DNA from: Octopus sinensis
Lineage: Eukaryota
Direction: 5' to 3'
Length of the DNA stretch: 64,000 bases
NCBI RefSeq assembly: GCF_006345805.1
Contig: NC_043006.1
Location: forward strand, 49,786,001 to 49,850,000
Positions 25,922-38,962 of this stretch are shown piece by piece. Each line of letters begins with the position of its first letter. Position 1 is the first letter of the stretch. The notes below the pieces were generated by a model. The model searched no databases and was not told where the DNA came from. It worked only from the letters and a program-made list of their open reading frames with translations. The position numbers and the translations under genes were made by a program.

Positions 25922-26640
25922 ACATGACAGAAGTAAATAGACACCCTTATAATCATTACAATTTATTTAAATCCGAAATTATACATTAAAATTATTTATT
26001 AATTGTTAAAATGTAAATATTTAATATTTAGTAGACATGCCCCTTGCATTTTTCAGATGAATATTCTCTTGCGGAATTTCTTGCCACGTTTCTTGTAGCA
26101 ATCTCAAAACATACATCAAATTCTTGATCACAGAAACTCCAGAGCCAAACTCGACCACTGTCAGGAAATACAGCAGATTTGAACTCATCAGCGAAAATGA
26201 CTGTGTCCCAAAACACTAGTGGCCTCTCCACCATCTCACTGGGCCAATCTTTTCTCAGTTTGATGTTGGCTGGTCGAAGAAGTGGTTTCCTTCTTGCTGC
26301 TCTGCCATATTAACCAAGTTTGTGGAGATACCCGACAGCTGTTCTGAGACTGACATCAACTTGTTTTGCTATGTCAGAGGTCTTACAACCAGGATTATCC
26401 TCCACACTTCTCCTAAAGAGAAGATTCCTGTGAGAGGATCCTGATTGTTCTGGGCGAGGTGATGTTGACTCCTTCCCCTCTCTGGTGAATCGTGCAATCA
26501 CTCTATTAATTGTAGAAAGATCTTGCTGTTTTTTATTTCATTTTATTTTTCATCCCCTTTCGTACTATCTTTTCATCTGCCCGCTTTCCGTTTCCGTTTC
26601 CAGTCCTTCCGGACATTTTTCATTGCGTTACTTGTAAACA
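25922..26640 (-). mobile_element. Tc1-like transposon, internally deleted
   Basis: RSVEDNP...SDIAKQVDVSLRT...LHKLG*YGRAARRKPLL...FWDTVIFADEFK...DSGRVW: Tc1 HTH plus first catalytic Asp. Confidence 0.8.
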
Positions 26641-26904
26641 CATCTTGTTCTAACAGTGTCTCATAGCGCGTACCGCCTTTATTTCTCATATTAAAACACT
26701 TGCAATGCAACTACATCAACATATGAACATACATACATCATGGCCATCTGATATAACATCCTTGACGTTATATCAAGCAGACGCTTTAAATCTTTGATCT
26801 GTAAATTATTTATCACACTTCACTGAGATAAATAACTCCAACGAATAAAATGTTTATTAGAAATATTTTCTAGGCATTTTAAATTAATATATCCACTTGG
26901 ATAT

Positions 26905-26943
26905 GTGTATGTATGTATGTATGTATGTAAGTATGTATGTATG

Positions 26944-26974
<31 letters not shown>

Positions 26975-27720
26975 GTATGTATGTATGTATGTATGTATGT
27001 ATGTATGTATGTATGTATGTATGTGTATGTATGTATGTATGTATGTATGTATGTGTGCATGTGTGTGTGTGCGCGCGTACTTTCCTGTCTGTAAGGTTCA
27101 GTATGCGTGCTTATGTTTGTATGGTTATGTGCTTAATTGTGTGTTTGTGAGTCTGCTTGTGAGTGCGTGTATGTTTGTGTGTGCAAGTGTGATGTGTACT
27201 AATCGCGTGTATGAATATGTGCTTCCATTTTTGTGTTTTGCGTGCGCGCTCACGTGTGTGTATGTGTGTGTATGCGTGTGCTTGTCTTCGCGCACGCGAC
27301 AAAGTGTGTGTTCGTAACAGAATGATGTGTGTTTCGTTAAGGGCCTGCATTCATGTCTTGTATCTGTATGTATTCGTTACAGTGTAGAATGCGCATGTGT
27401 GTTTGTGTGTGTGTATGTGTGTGTGAGTGTGTGCGTGTATGAGTGTGTGAGTATGTGTGTGTGGGTGTACATTATGTCTGTAAGTGTGGGCGTGTATGTC
27501 TGTTTTTATAGGTGAGTGTGACATTGTGGTTGTATGTGCAAATGCTGTTGTACAGTGTGTGCATTTATGTATGTATGAGTGTGTATTAAGTGCGTCAAAA
27601 GAGGTGATCGTGACCTAGTGAGTGTTTGCGTGCGTGTATGTGTGAGGTTGTGGTTGCTTGTTTGTGTGTATGTGGCTTTGCAAGTGTCTGTTTAGGTGTT
27701 TGTTGTGTATTGTAGTGCGT
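26905..27720. repeat. (TATG)n grading into a long degenerate (TG)-rich tract
   Basis: Direct inspection. Confidence 0.85.
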
Positions 27721-27918
27721 GCCTAAACGGTGTCTGGAAACCAGTTCTAGTCATTTGATATTTTCATAAATGAGATATATTACCTCTTCAACCACTTATT
27801 CTCTAGCAACGTCTTTTTCTGTCTGTATGTCTGTCTGTCTATCTTCGTCTCGTTTACCATGTGTATATGTGTGCCCACACACACGCACACACACACACAC
27901 ACACACACAGACACACAG

Positions 27919-27957
<39 letters not shown>

Positions 27958-28087
27958 CATTCATATATACATCTACATATATATACATATACTTTTATAT
28001 ATACATCTACATGTGCGCGTGTTTCTATAGTATGATATATATATGCGCGCTGTGTGTGTGTGTTATAATTTAGAACAAACGGTAAAG

Positions 28088-28165
28088 GTTGTCATTATAG
28101 TACTCGGAGTTTCAAATGTCGGAGCAAAGAGCTACGATAACCTCTCGTCGGCTATTGATGGCAAC
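28088..28165 (-). ncRNA. Type I hammerhead-like motif (variant core)
   Basis: Minus: GTTGCCATCAATAG / CTATAATGACAAC stem I, CCGACGA core, hairpin stem II, GAAA, CTC-C-GAG stem III, GUA triplet. Confidence 0.55.
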
Positions 28166-28308
28166 AAACGCTATAGCCGACGAGAATGTATATGTACGAT
28201 ACATACATAGATACATACATACATACGTACATACATATATATTATATATATATATATATGTGTATATATATATATATGTGTGTATGTATATATATGTATA
28301 TATGTATA

Positions 28309-28781
28309 AAATACCGAGGTCTTTTAAAGATGTTTATTGACTTTACTGGTTTCACTTTTTTTTTAAAAAAGATTATCAAAAGTAAAATGTAAAGCTTTGT
28401 ATAAGCTTTGTTGTGTTAAAGTATTTAAAATACTTTAATATATTTCCTTGTATATATATGCTTCTTATACAACCATGACTTTTGATGAACTTAAAATAAT
28501 TATACATTTATTTTACTACCTATTTTGAACACTTTCATGTAAACTGTTTAAACAAAAAAACCCTCTTAACATTTTCTTATAATTCATTGTCAAAGATTCT
28601 ATTTTTTAACATTTTCTTATCATATTCAAAGACTGTATAACTGTATTCTAATACAATTATGATAACCATTTTTTAACACAACAAAGCTTATACAAAGCTT
28701 TACATTTTACTTTTGATAATCTTTTTTAAAAAAAAGTGAAACTGGTCAAGTCAATAAACATCTTTAAAAGACCTCGGCATT
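28309..28781. repeat. Fold-back or MITE-like element with ~110 bp inverted arms
   Basis: 28309-28420 is nearly the exact reverse complement of 28672-28781. Confidence 0.85.
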
Positions 28782-28901
28782 TTCAAACCCTCTTTCCTAT
28801 ATATTTTCACTCGTGCAGTACCTTGCATGTACCACGTACACGCGTTCTTGTTTTTTTCTTGTGTTTTCTCCTTCGGTTTTCGGGGATTATATATATATAT
28901 T

Positions 28902-29985
28902 ACAGCTGCATCCTAGTTACACGAGGAAAGCCATTGCCAAGAAGACTTGCTGAAATGATTCATGGTTGTTGACATGTTATGCCCTTATATGACTTTTAAG
29001 CCCGGCCAAGCTTTTACACATTTTATTACTTACTAGACAACTGTGCTGGCTGGCAGGAGAAACAGGTGCCATTATATGCACTCACTTAGCATGTCTTTTT
29101 AGACTTCCAACTGAGAAGCACACCCTTCCACATTTTATACATGTTCTTTTATAAATTTTAATAGCCACATCATTGTTTATCATGGTTAGATCTCTATGAA
29201 AATTTTGATGGCTCACCAGGCCTGCACGACTCAAACACCTCCGCCCACAAACCACACACATAAAAAGCAACACTCTTACTTTCCACAGGTTCCCCCCTTC
29301 TAAGCCCGCCCCTAATTCTCTCATACTTCACTCTCTCCCTCTCAAACTTTGAAGATCATGCACTATCTTCTTCCATCCATCACGATCTTGTGCCTCCCTC
29401 TCCCAATTACCAGCTGCAATTCCTGTCTGTATAAGAGCATTTTAAGGGTATCCTTAAACCTTAGTTTAGGGTTATGCGTTGGTCTCCTGCCATCTTCCAG
29501 CTCACCATACAATAGCTGCTTGGGCAGTCGCTCATCACTCATCCTTACTAAATGTACTCCCCCCCCCCATCTCAAACGTCTTTGCAAAATCATTGACTAT
29601 ATACTTCTACTGTCACTCCTCTCAAGCACCTCCACATTATTAATGGCCATTTTCCAATTTATTCCCCCAATTTTTCTCAGACAGTATTGATGAAATCATT
29701 CCAATTGCCTTACCTGCATACGGTAAACGACCCATGCCTCACTTCCCTATAGCAAAGATGGGAGGACGTATGTGTTATATACCTTAACTTTAATTTGTGA
29801 AGATATATTATATTTTGTTGTTTCCGCTGACGCCTATCAAACCTGCCAAAAGCACTACTAGCCCTGCTGATTCTGTATGAAATTTTATCATCAAGACCAG
29901 CAGTGCTCAAGGTACTTCCTAAATAAATAAATCTAGGTACAGTCTTCAAACTTTGGCTATTCACAGTTATAAAAGGTTCCACATA
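28902..29985 (-). mobile_element. RTE-clade LINE 3' portion with two C2H2-like fingers
   Basis: FIYLGS...ISYRISRASSAFGR; HLVRMSDERLPKQLLYGEL...RFKDTLK; CVVCGRRCLSRAGLVSH; CIKCGRVCFSVGSLKRH. Confidence 0.85.
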
Positions 29986-30305
29986 CATCTGTTACTGTTA
30001 CAAATGTGCGTAGAAATGGATTTGTGCGTCATGAATACAATGTTTCGACTAAAGAATAATTATAAAACGACATGGATGCACACTGGTTCTAAGAAATGGC
30101 ATCTTATAGGTTGCATCCTCACCAGGAAACGAGATACTAGGATCTTTGCTATCGTACGAGTGATGCGTGGTGCAGTGCTGGACTGATCATAGGCTTTTGC
30201 GTGTCAAGGTGAATTTTGTTGTCAAATCACCTAAACGGGTTGATGTGAATAAACTTAAGATTCCGTCAGTATGCAGTGAGTTAGTGAGTGAGATAAATAA
30301 TTTAT
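29986..30305 (+). mobile_element. RTE-clade APE endonuclease segment, inverted relative to the adjacent 3' portion
   Basis: LCVMNTMF...KTTWMHTGSKKWHLI...VRVMRGA, then CWTDHRLL after a frameshift. Confidence 0.85.
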
Positions 30306-30324
30306 ATACACACACATACACACA

Positions 30325-30379
<55 letters not shown>

Positions 30380-30568
30380 TTATATTTCCTGAGCGCCATA
30401 CTAATACAATTGTTTGTTTGTATTCCACCTGCCTTCGTCTTTTGTTTATTTCCGTAAACCTGCCTTCGTCTTTTGTCTATTTTCATAAAGCTTCCCGTTA
30501 TATATATATATTTATACATACATACATACATACATACATACATACATACATACATACATACATAATAT

Positions 30569-30601
<33 letters not shown>

Positions 30602-30759
30602 AATATGTATGCATGTATGTATTGTCCATATACATGCACCTGCATATATCCATATTTATATGCCTGCATATATAAATATATATATGTATATAAATGTATA
30701 TATGTATATATATAGTTTACATTTATATGTACATATATATTTATATATTGTATGTATAT

Positions 30760-30790
<31 letters not shown>

Positions 30791-30803
30791 TAATATATAT
30801 ATC

Positions 30804-30837
<34 letters not shown>

Positions 30838-31341
30838 AATATATATATATATATATAGATAGAATAATATATATATATATGTAGGTATGTATCTATATGT
30901 ATGTATAGACACACAAATATATGATTCATAATACACAGGTGGAGTTTGAGAAATTATTACAAGTGTGTAGTTGAAGAAAATGTTTTGTTGCAAGATAATT
31001 CACTTAACATTCGATTAACAATGTTGCAACATAAGTCTGAATACAAAACATTCATCACAAATAAACTTCAAAAACATCCAAGGCCATACAATTTAAATTA
31101 TTTGTATAAAATACATAGTTTGTTGGCCTGTATGATCCGTTGTTGATGGTTGTATAGGATACTAACCTACAGTGTGCTTTCGTAAAAAAAATTGTCCACT
31201 GACAGCAAGCTATCGTCTAATAAGATAAAGTGATTATGAAGTTATGAAGAAACTCAATTTTGGGTTTAGAAAAAACTTCCAAATGTACATATATTGTAGT
31301 TCGCTTGAAGGATTGTGTATTGTTTGTAAAGAATAAAATGT

Positions 31342-31570
31342 TTTGAATGGTACAACAATGCACTATAATACAGACAGTGGGCTATATACCTGTTGTAATT
31401 TAGTCATCCATAATAGTCTGTTATAATATTTCGGAATAATATTCCTTCTTCAGATATCTAAGAATACCTGAAGAAGGAATATTATTCGGAAATATATCAG
31501 ACTATGAATGGCTAAATCCAACAGGTCTATCGCCATTTTCTATTATAGTGCATAGTTGTATCCATTCAAA
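31342..31570. repeat. ~230 bp palindrome of two back-to-back hammerhead cores
   Basis: Right arm CTGAAGA-A-GGAAT-ATT-ATTCG-GAAA-TATA-TC (31468-31498); the left arm is its imperfect reverse complement. Confidence 0.75.
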
Positions 31571-31620
31571 CTTTTTATACTTTATATAATATATATAATA
31601 TATATATATATATTATAATA

Positions 31621-31659
<39 letters not shown>

Positions 31660-31678
31660 TATATATAATATATATATG

Positions 31679-31710
<32 letters not shown>

Positions 31711-31805
31711 ATATGTATATATTATATCTATTTATATATACATACATACATACTACATACATACATACATACATCAATACCTACATCATACATACATACA
31801 TACAT

Positions 31806-32335
31806 ACAGGATGATGTGAATATACTGTCGTATAAATTATGCAAAAATAAAAATAACACTGACATCTCATTTTAACAGATATATTTACTAAAACCACATG
31901 AAGATATCTTGAAATACTAAAGAGTAAATTTGTTCAGTAAAATCGCCATTGCCTTCAATCATGGCCCCCAAATGACTTCGGAATCTCCTGAAACTCTTCT
32001 GCACGGTCTCCTTGTTTAAGTTGGTGGATGCTGTCATAATCCTTGCCATTTAGTTCATCTTTGGTGTTACAAGGAGTTTTGTTGGTCTCTCGCTCAACTG
32101 CACCTTACACATAATAATCAAGGGCTTGCAGCCTGGGGATTTAGGTGACCAGATATTAGGGGTGATGTGGTCGCAGAAATCGTCTGACACCCATGACTAT
32201 GTACTCTTGCTTGTGTGGTATGGTGCAGAGTCCTGTTGCCAAGCATAGAGTCTTCCAGCAGCTACCTCTTGACTCAGAGCAGCACTACCTCCTCCAAGCA
32301 CATGATGTAGGCCACCGTGTTGAACATGAAGCCGT
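31806..32335 (-). mobile_element. Tc1/mariner (maT/DD37D-like) transposase 3' remnant
   Basis: AAGRLYAWQQDSAPYHTS...WSPKSPGCKPLDYYV...AVERETNK...FRSHLGAMIEGNG. Confidence 0.8.
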
Positions 32336-32529
32336 ATATATATATATATATATATACCGTTTTGGGATTTGGTTTGCAAGATTCATTATGTGAGCTCGTA
32401 TGTTGACGCATATTATGTTGTGTCTGGGGAGAACCATTCTTTTTTAGTGCCTTATAATTTAACACACTCACCGGTAAAAGTTCCACTCATTTACTTATTT
32501 ATTTTTCGAAAATTTTTCTATACTATACA

Positions 32530-33586
32530 GGTTACGCAAATACCACAAACCCTACATAAACCCTGTCATGGGGCCCTCAATCCCACCAGTTTGCGGAGCG
32601 AATATCTCCAGCAATTATAGACTGTCCTACTTTCTCTCACAAGTATTATGTCCTCTCATAGAAATGTCCCCAGATGTCTGTGTGAGCACGGAAGATCTCA
32701 ATAAAATCACTATTTGCAACCACTCCAACGACCTCAAAGGTTGTGTATTGTGTAGTATGGGCGTGATTTCACTCTGCCGATCTATAGACATAGATTTTGC
32801 TGTGGAGAAAGGCATTGAAATAATCAGTGCAAGTGAAGTAGAGTTTCGTGAAGTCAACACGAGGGAACTGGGCCTCCTCCTTAGACTAAGCTATGATAAT
32901 GACTATTTAAACGACCATAACCTCAGTAGATTCTGCCCCACCAGGTGACAGAGGGGAAGACCACCTACCATCACCTCAGCAGTGAAGAAAAGCACCACAG
33001 AGCGCTAGAGTGGTTAGACCGTACCCACGCAAAACCCTGAGAACAACAATCAGGTGAAAGTAATGATTGCACATGCAACAGGAACTAGCATAAAAACCAC
33101 CTTGAAGAACCACATAGTAAAGTTTAGCAAGAAAACTATACATGCAGGTTCAAGGTGCAGGTGTAGCTGGAGATGTGACTAGCCTCTTCATGACTTGGTG
33201 GGACAGAAAACTTAAGCAATCCTTAGCAAAACAGTCCACAGCTCTTCTACTTTACATTAGGCTTGTAGATGACATTAATATCATAGTTAAGACCAATTCT
33301 AGTAACGGTAGTATAGAAACTGAGAGGAATATAATGGAGAGCATCCAGCAAATAGCTAACTTCATCCACCAAAGTATCACGGTAACTATAGATTACCCAA
33401 CGAGGCACCCCGACAATATACTCCCCGTCCTTGATACAGAACTTTGGTTAGAGACTGTGAACAACGGAGTGCAGTTCCTCCACTCCTATTACATGAAACC
33501 CATTGTTTCGAAATATGTTGTTCACAAGAACTCAGCTTTGTTACACAACAGGAAAATAAACATACTGATGGCAGACTTAGTTAGGA
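32530..33586 (+). pseudogene. Penelope-like reverse transcriptase, degraded
   Basis: PVCGA, STEDL, SMGVISLCRSID (degenerate motif A), long insert with CPTR...RGRPPTIT, FMTWWDR, YIRLVDD (motif C), LPVLD, YYMKP. Confidence 0.8.
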
Positions 33587-34331
33587 CTAGCAGTATAACC
33601 CCGCCTTGCCCGGGATTAAGTTACGATTATTAAGCTAATCAAGTTCTTTATTTCAAACCAAACTAAGAAATATAGACGTCAAATTTAGGCGAAATCCGTT
33701 GAAATTAGTTATATTATATATATATAACAATATAATATATGTACATACTTACATCTACATATTATATACAAGCATATATATATATATATATACTAATATA
33801 TATATATATATATATATGAGTACAGGACACCACAAATAAACGTAGAACACAACGAGAAACGAAAACAAAATCAAACAAGGAAACGGCCTTTTTCTAACAA
33901 CGAAAAAACAGAGTACAGGACAAACAATACAAGGAAAATTCCCCTTCATCAGCTGTCCCTGGTTCGGCTCAATGCGTGTTTCGAAGGTAAGGACAGAACA
34001 CGGCCAGGCCGAAGCAGTCCTTCCTGCAAAAGGAATTAAATAAATTCTTTTGCAGAGGGGTAAAACAAGTGACAAGACCAGGACGTAAAAGCTACAAATG
34101 AAGAAAAGACAGTAGAAAAAACAGTACAAATAAGGAATACAGGGCAGGAAACCAACAAAAAGTGCTTTTTTTAGGCCTAGACGGTGGAAAAAATTAGTTA
34201 CAACGCATGTGAAAAAATCGGCTTGCGGAAGACAGGAAGTCGGTCTACATATTATACATATATATATATATATATAAATATATATATACTATATATATAT
34301 AGATATACATACATACATATATATATATATA

Positions 34332-34376
<45 letters not shown>

Positions 34377-35300
34377 TATATATTATATAATATAATATAA
34401 TATAAATATATATGGGCAACAGACACGAACACACATACGTACGTACACCTATTGTCTGTTTTTGTGCACACATACATGTTCATAAACAGAAATGAATGGA
34501 AAAAATGTTGTTAAATTTGTAGATTAGCACTCGCACAATTTTCACTAAGAAAAAAATTCGTTTTTTGCGTGGAATCAACTACTCTGGCCTCAAAACCCTT
34601 TTTGTGGTCCGTGAAACGGAGTGGGGTGTGGTGAAAGCCTCGCAAATTGTACCCATTTATAGTGTGTAATTCACTGACAAATTGTTGCTCACCTCTTTGT
34701 TTCTTTGTTGTTAAATAAATGGATTGTCAACAAAACACTTTTTTACTCGGCGTAAAATAAAAACAAAACTCTTTCGCACCCAAAATAATGAGTGTGAGAG
34801 AGAGAGGTGGGGGAGAAAGATAAACGATTTAAAATAAATAAATGATTTAAAATAAATATATTGTAATTGTTGTGTGAGAAAGTATATGTACTATGATTAT
34901 AAAGTATAGCGTCTTTCAAAAACAAAAAAACAAAACATTTTACATATTATTTTTTATGAACGTCATAACTTACTCTCTCTCTCTCCTTCTCTCACTTTGT
35001 CTTTCCCGTGAAACTCTCTGCCTCCTTCTTCCAATTTTCTTCATCTTATTTTTTTTGTTAGACGCCATCAAAAAGTAATCATATCTATAAAAGGGAGGAT
35101 GTGTGTGCGTGTGTGTGTGTGTGTGTACGTGATTGTAATTTATGCACGTCCGCAAATTAGCACGCATGTCGCTCAATTTGAAGGACATTTTTCAACACCC
35201 TATCTGGGTTTTGTCAACTTATTTTTTTCCCGAGGTACCCGCGGATAGGGTAAAAATCTATTTTCAACCAAAGAGCTTGTGATAAAACAAACGGTGAACA
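33587..35300 (-). mobile_element. Helitron-like insertion interrupting the Penelope ORF (far boundary uncertain)
   Basis: Minus strand ends CCCGGGCAAGGCGGGG-TTATACTG-CTAG|T (hairpin plus CTAG) exactly where RT homology stops. Confidence 0.55.
33722..34247 (-). repeat. Partial copy of the tandem non-coding element seen at 59.6-61.5 kb
   Basis: High identity to 59640-60057 including CCCCTTCATCAGCTGTCC...GCGTGTTTCGAAGG; embedded in (TA)n. Confidence 0.9.
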
Positions 35301-35620
35301 CGTTGTATAAAACCGACAAATATCAAAGAGTGATGTTTGTAAAGGCCACAGCCCATGGAGATCTAGCCCGTAGATTTAGGAAAACTCTGAAGGAGACCAA
35401 ACTCAACAATAAGGTTGTTGAAAAACCAGGAAATTCCATCAGATCACAACTATGTAGGACGTACCACTTTGAGAATACCATATGTACCAATGATAACTGC
35501 ATGGTATGTAGAATTAGCCCTGGCATTAACTGTAGAACTAGAAATGTAGTCTACAGCATAAGGTGCATAGAAGGTGCTTGTAAAGACACAAACATGACAT
35601 ACATGAAAGGAAAAGTCACA
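35300..35620 (+). pseudogene. Continuation of the Penelope ORF: linker, Cys cluster and start of GIY-YIG
   Basis: VMFVKATAHGDLA...VVEKPG...CTNDNCMVC...NCRTRNVVYSIRC. Confidence 0.75.
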
Positions 35621-35689
35621 AATGTGTAAATTGTATAATGGAAAACAAGAAATTTCCATTTCCATATTTGTTCATATTTTCGGGCTTAT

Positions 35690-38513
35690 TTGCAATAACA
35701 GACGAGGAAATACACATACCACAGTATGTTGTACTACGGACCGACGAAAAGAAGGAGTCATGGAGGGATTGCTATGCATCCGTGAGGACTCTCACACCCC
35801 AGGTCCTTTTGTCATACTCAATTCGGTGTGTAACACAACTAATTGTACATATAAGGCAACTTGGTGTAGTTATATGTGCTACATATCGCCCTCCAGATGC
35901 CCCAAGCCATGTAGGCAAGTTTGAAGACTGCCTTATAAAATAGAATTCTAGTCACATAGAACAACACATAAGTATACTTCTATGGGAGACTTCAATCTAC
36001 CCAATGTCAGATGGCCCGAGGGCTTTCTCTCCCAGGAATGACACGATGTGAACGAGACAGGTGAGGTCCCTCCTGAACCTCATCAACACTCTGTACATGG
36101 AACAAGTAATACTCCAACCAACCAGGGCAGGTACATAACTGGATCTCTGCTTCACAAATATATGGATCTCATCATATGTGAAAGTGACGCCGACACTACT
36201 CTCAGATCACAACATGGTAGAGCTGACCATGTACGGCCAAAGGAAAGCATGGACATGCAGCCTACAAGAAACTCTCAAATCTTTCAGCCTGAACTTCCAT
36301 AAGGCAAACTGGAAACAAATGCGAAAGAGATCTCAAACAAAACTGGCCTGAATGTCATCCTCGCCAGACATCGACGTGAAACTTCAACAATTCACGTCTG
36401 TCATGCAAGCCGTATGCTACAATGTGTCCAGAGAGAAAGGCCACTGTACACAATAGCAAAATCCCCAGAGAGAGGAAAATTCTAATGAGACGGCGTAACA
36501 AAAGTTTCAAATCGCCTAAACAAACAAATTGAAAGCAGTGAAAAGTCCCGCCTGAAAATAAAACTGTTGCAAATTGAAAAATGTCTGCAACTCTCCCATG
36601 AAAAGGAAAGAGCAGGCAAAGAAGCCTGGGCTATAGACAATATAAAATCTAACCCCAGAGTTTTCTACAGGTATGCCAAAGAAACAGCTACGGTGCACTG
36701 TAGGATAGGGCCACTCCTTGAAAAGGATGGCACACTCACAGGAAATCCAATGAGGATAAGTGAAATACTAAATGAGCAATTCAAGAGTATTTTCACTCCA
36801 CCCTTAGGCATTTTTCAAGTCAGCAATCCAACTGACTTCTTTACCACTGCAGATATAAAATCAGAGGCAGCGATGATGATTACATCAATATAATGAAATG
36901 AAAACAAACTCAGCTACTGGCCCTGATGGATTCCCAGCAATCCTTCTAAAAGAATGTAAGAGAGCCTAGCAAGACCACTGCAGTTCCTCTTTCAGAGCTT
37001 CCTTGCAACTGGCAAACTTCCAAGAAAACTGAAGGAAGGTAAAAATGCCCTATTCTTCCTAAAGGAGTAGCAGAGCGGAGGCCAGACTACAGACCTATCT
37101 CTATGACCTCACACATCAGCAAGGTCATGGAACGAATAGTCAGAAGGAAACTAATCACCTTCCTTGAAGAAAATGACTTGCTGCCTGACACCCAACATGG
37201 TTTCCGACCAGGAAGAAGCTGCTTAACTCACTCCTACACTGGGTGCTGAAACGACTGCCCAACCACTCAAATGTGGAAGTCATATATCTCGACTTTGCAA
37301 AGGCCTTTGATAAAGTCGATCATGGAATGATATGTCCAAACTGCGTGATCTTGGCATAGTTGGGAATTGGGAGAATGGCTTCATGACTTTCTGAAGTATA
37401 GAAGTCATAACAACGCAAATAGTGAGCGGTGTTCCTCAGGCACTGTTCTGGGACCACTACTGTTCATAATGGCCCTCTCAGGCATGCCCTCAGCCACGCA
37501 GAGAGCCACGATCACAAGTTATGCAGATGATACAAAAGTTCACAGGCATACAGAACCCTGAAGAACTAAGCACCTGCAATGTGAGCTGGACAAATATACA
37601 AGTGGGGTTGAAAAGAATAGCATGCAGTTCAATGCTGAAAAGTTTCAAGCTTTATGCTATCAGCATGCAAAACTAAATGCAATACCCAATAAAACACTGA
37701 CCTGGAGGGATTGCAATCCCAGAGGCACAATCAGTGCGAGACCTATTCATGCCATTTAGACCGGGTATTACTGGTGATGATGCAACCTTTCATGTGCATG
37801 TTGCTAAATTGGCAATGAAATGTAGGCGGGCTGGACCGGATGGATTCTTAGAACTTTAGAACAAGAGACCAGGAAACCATGATGGTCCTCTGGAGGAAAC
37901 TTGTCCTAAGCCACTTTGGACTATTGCTCTCAGCTATGGTCACCATCCAGTGTCAAGTTAATCACAGAACTTGAGGCGATCCAACGAAGCTACACGAAGA
38001 AGATAGCCTCTGTGTAGCGTATAAGCATTGGGAAAGACTCAAGAGATTAAGACTCTATTCCTTAGAGCGTAGGCGAGAAAGATATGCATAATAACATCTG
38101 GAAGATCCTAGAAGGACTTGTCCCAAACTTTGGCATCGAGAGTTACACAAATGCCAGAACTGGGCGCCACTACATAGTGCAAGGACTCCCAATTTGCCAT
38201 CAAGATGTAGAACAAGATACTGTGATAGCCTGGCTTCCGAGGCCCACATCTCTTCAATATTCTCCCGAAAACCTAAGAGACCTGCATGGGTGGATGCAGA
38301 TGTCTTTAAAATGAAACTGGATCCTCTTGTCAGGTGTCAATGAACCAACTTCACGGCAGGAGGTGCAGATGAGGGCAGCTGCATCGAACTCTCTCATGCA
38401 CCAGATGGCATTTGCTAAAAAGCATTCGTGAAGTAAAATCATGTAGCAACACGAAATGGCGGTGCCCCAGCACGGCCAATCTGTGAGCTGAAACTAAAAT
38501 AAATAAAAATAAA
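35690..38513 (+). mobile_element. CR1-group LINE (APE-RT), 5'-truncated, heavily frameshifted
   Basis: Colinear with 48001-50900; YRPPD, GPDG, YRPIS, QHGFR, YLDFAKAFD, YADD, YSLERRR motifs; 3' stem-loop and (TAAA) tail. Confidence 0.92.
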
Positions 38514-38636
38514 TGAGTGGAAATTTTACGGTGAAATCAAAGCACTAAAAGAGATTGAAATCTTAACCAGTCAGTATAATATTATATATATATATATATT
38601 ATATATAATATATATATATATATATATCTATATATA

Positions 38637-38682
<46 letters not shown>

Positions 38683-38688
38683 CAACAT

Positions 38689-38955
38689 AAAAGAGATACC
38701 CGAAGAATAGGATATCTGACTCGCTAGAAAGAGCAGTCAAAATTTCCAAGCCACCAATTGTTGTAATTCCGAAAGTGATTGGAAAATAAAAACGTTCTAG
38801 CGAGTCAGATATCCTATTCTTCGGGTATCTCTTTTGTGTTTGAATGTACACTGTATTATTCTCTGAATAATATATAGTCTATTGGCTAGTTTTTTCTCGC
38901 TAGACCACTGGTAACTAAGAATTTTTCGATAAATATTCTTGTTACCCTAAGTTTT
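38689..38955 (+). repeat. Fold-back element (41 bp arms) ending in the P1-ACCACT-hairpin motif
   Basis: 38689-38729 is the reverse complement of 38795-38835; CTAGCGAG/CTCGCTAG, ACCACT, then GGTAAC...GTTACC hairpin. Confidence 0.8.
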
Positions 38956-38962
38956 TATATAT

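Noticed and set aside
32946-32948. In-frame TGA in the Penelope RT as possible selenocysteine
   Set aside because: The copy has other stops and frameshifts, the position is not evidently a conserved Cys, and I saw no SECIS; decay is simpler.
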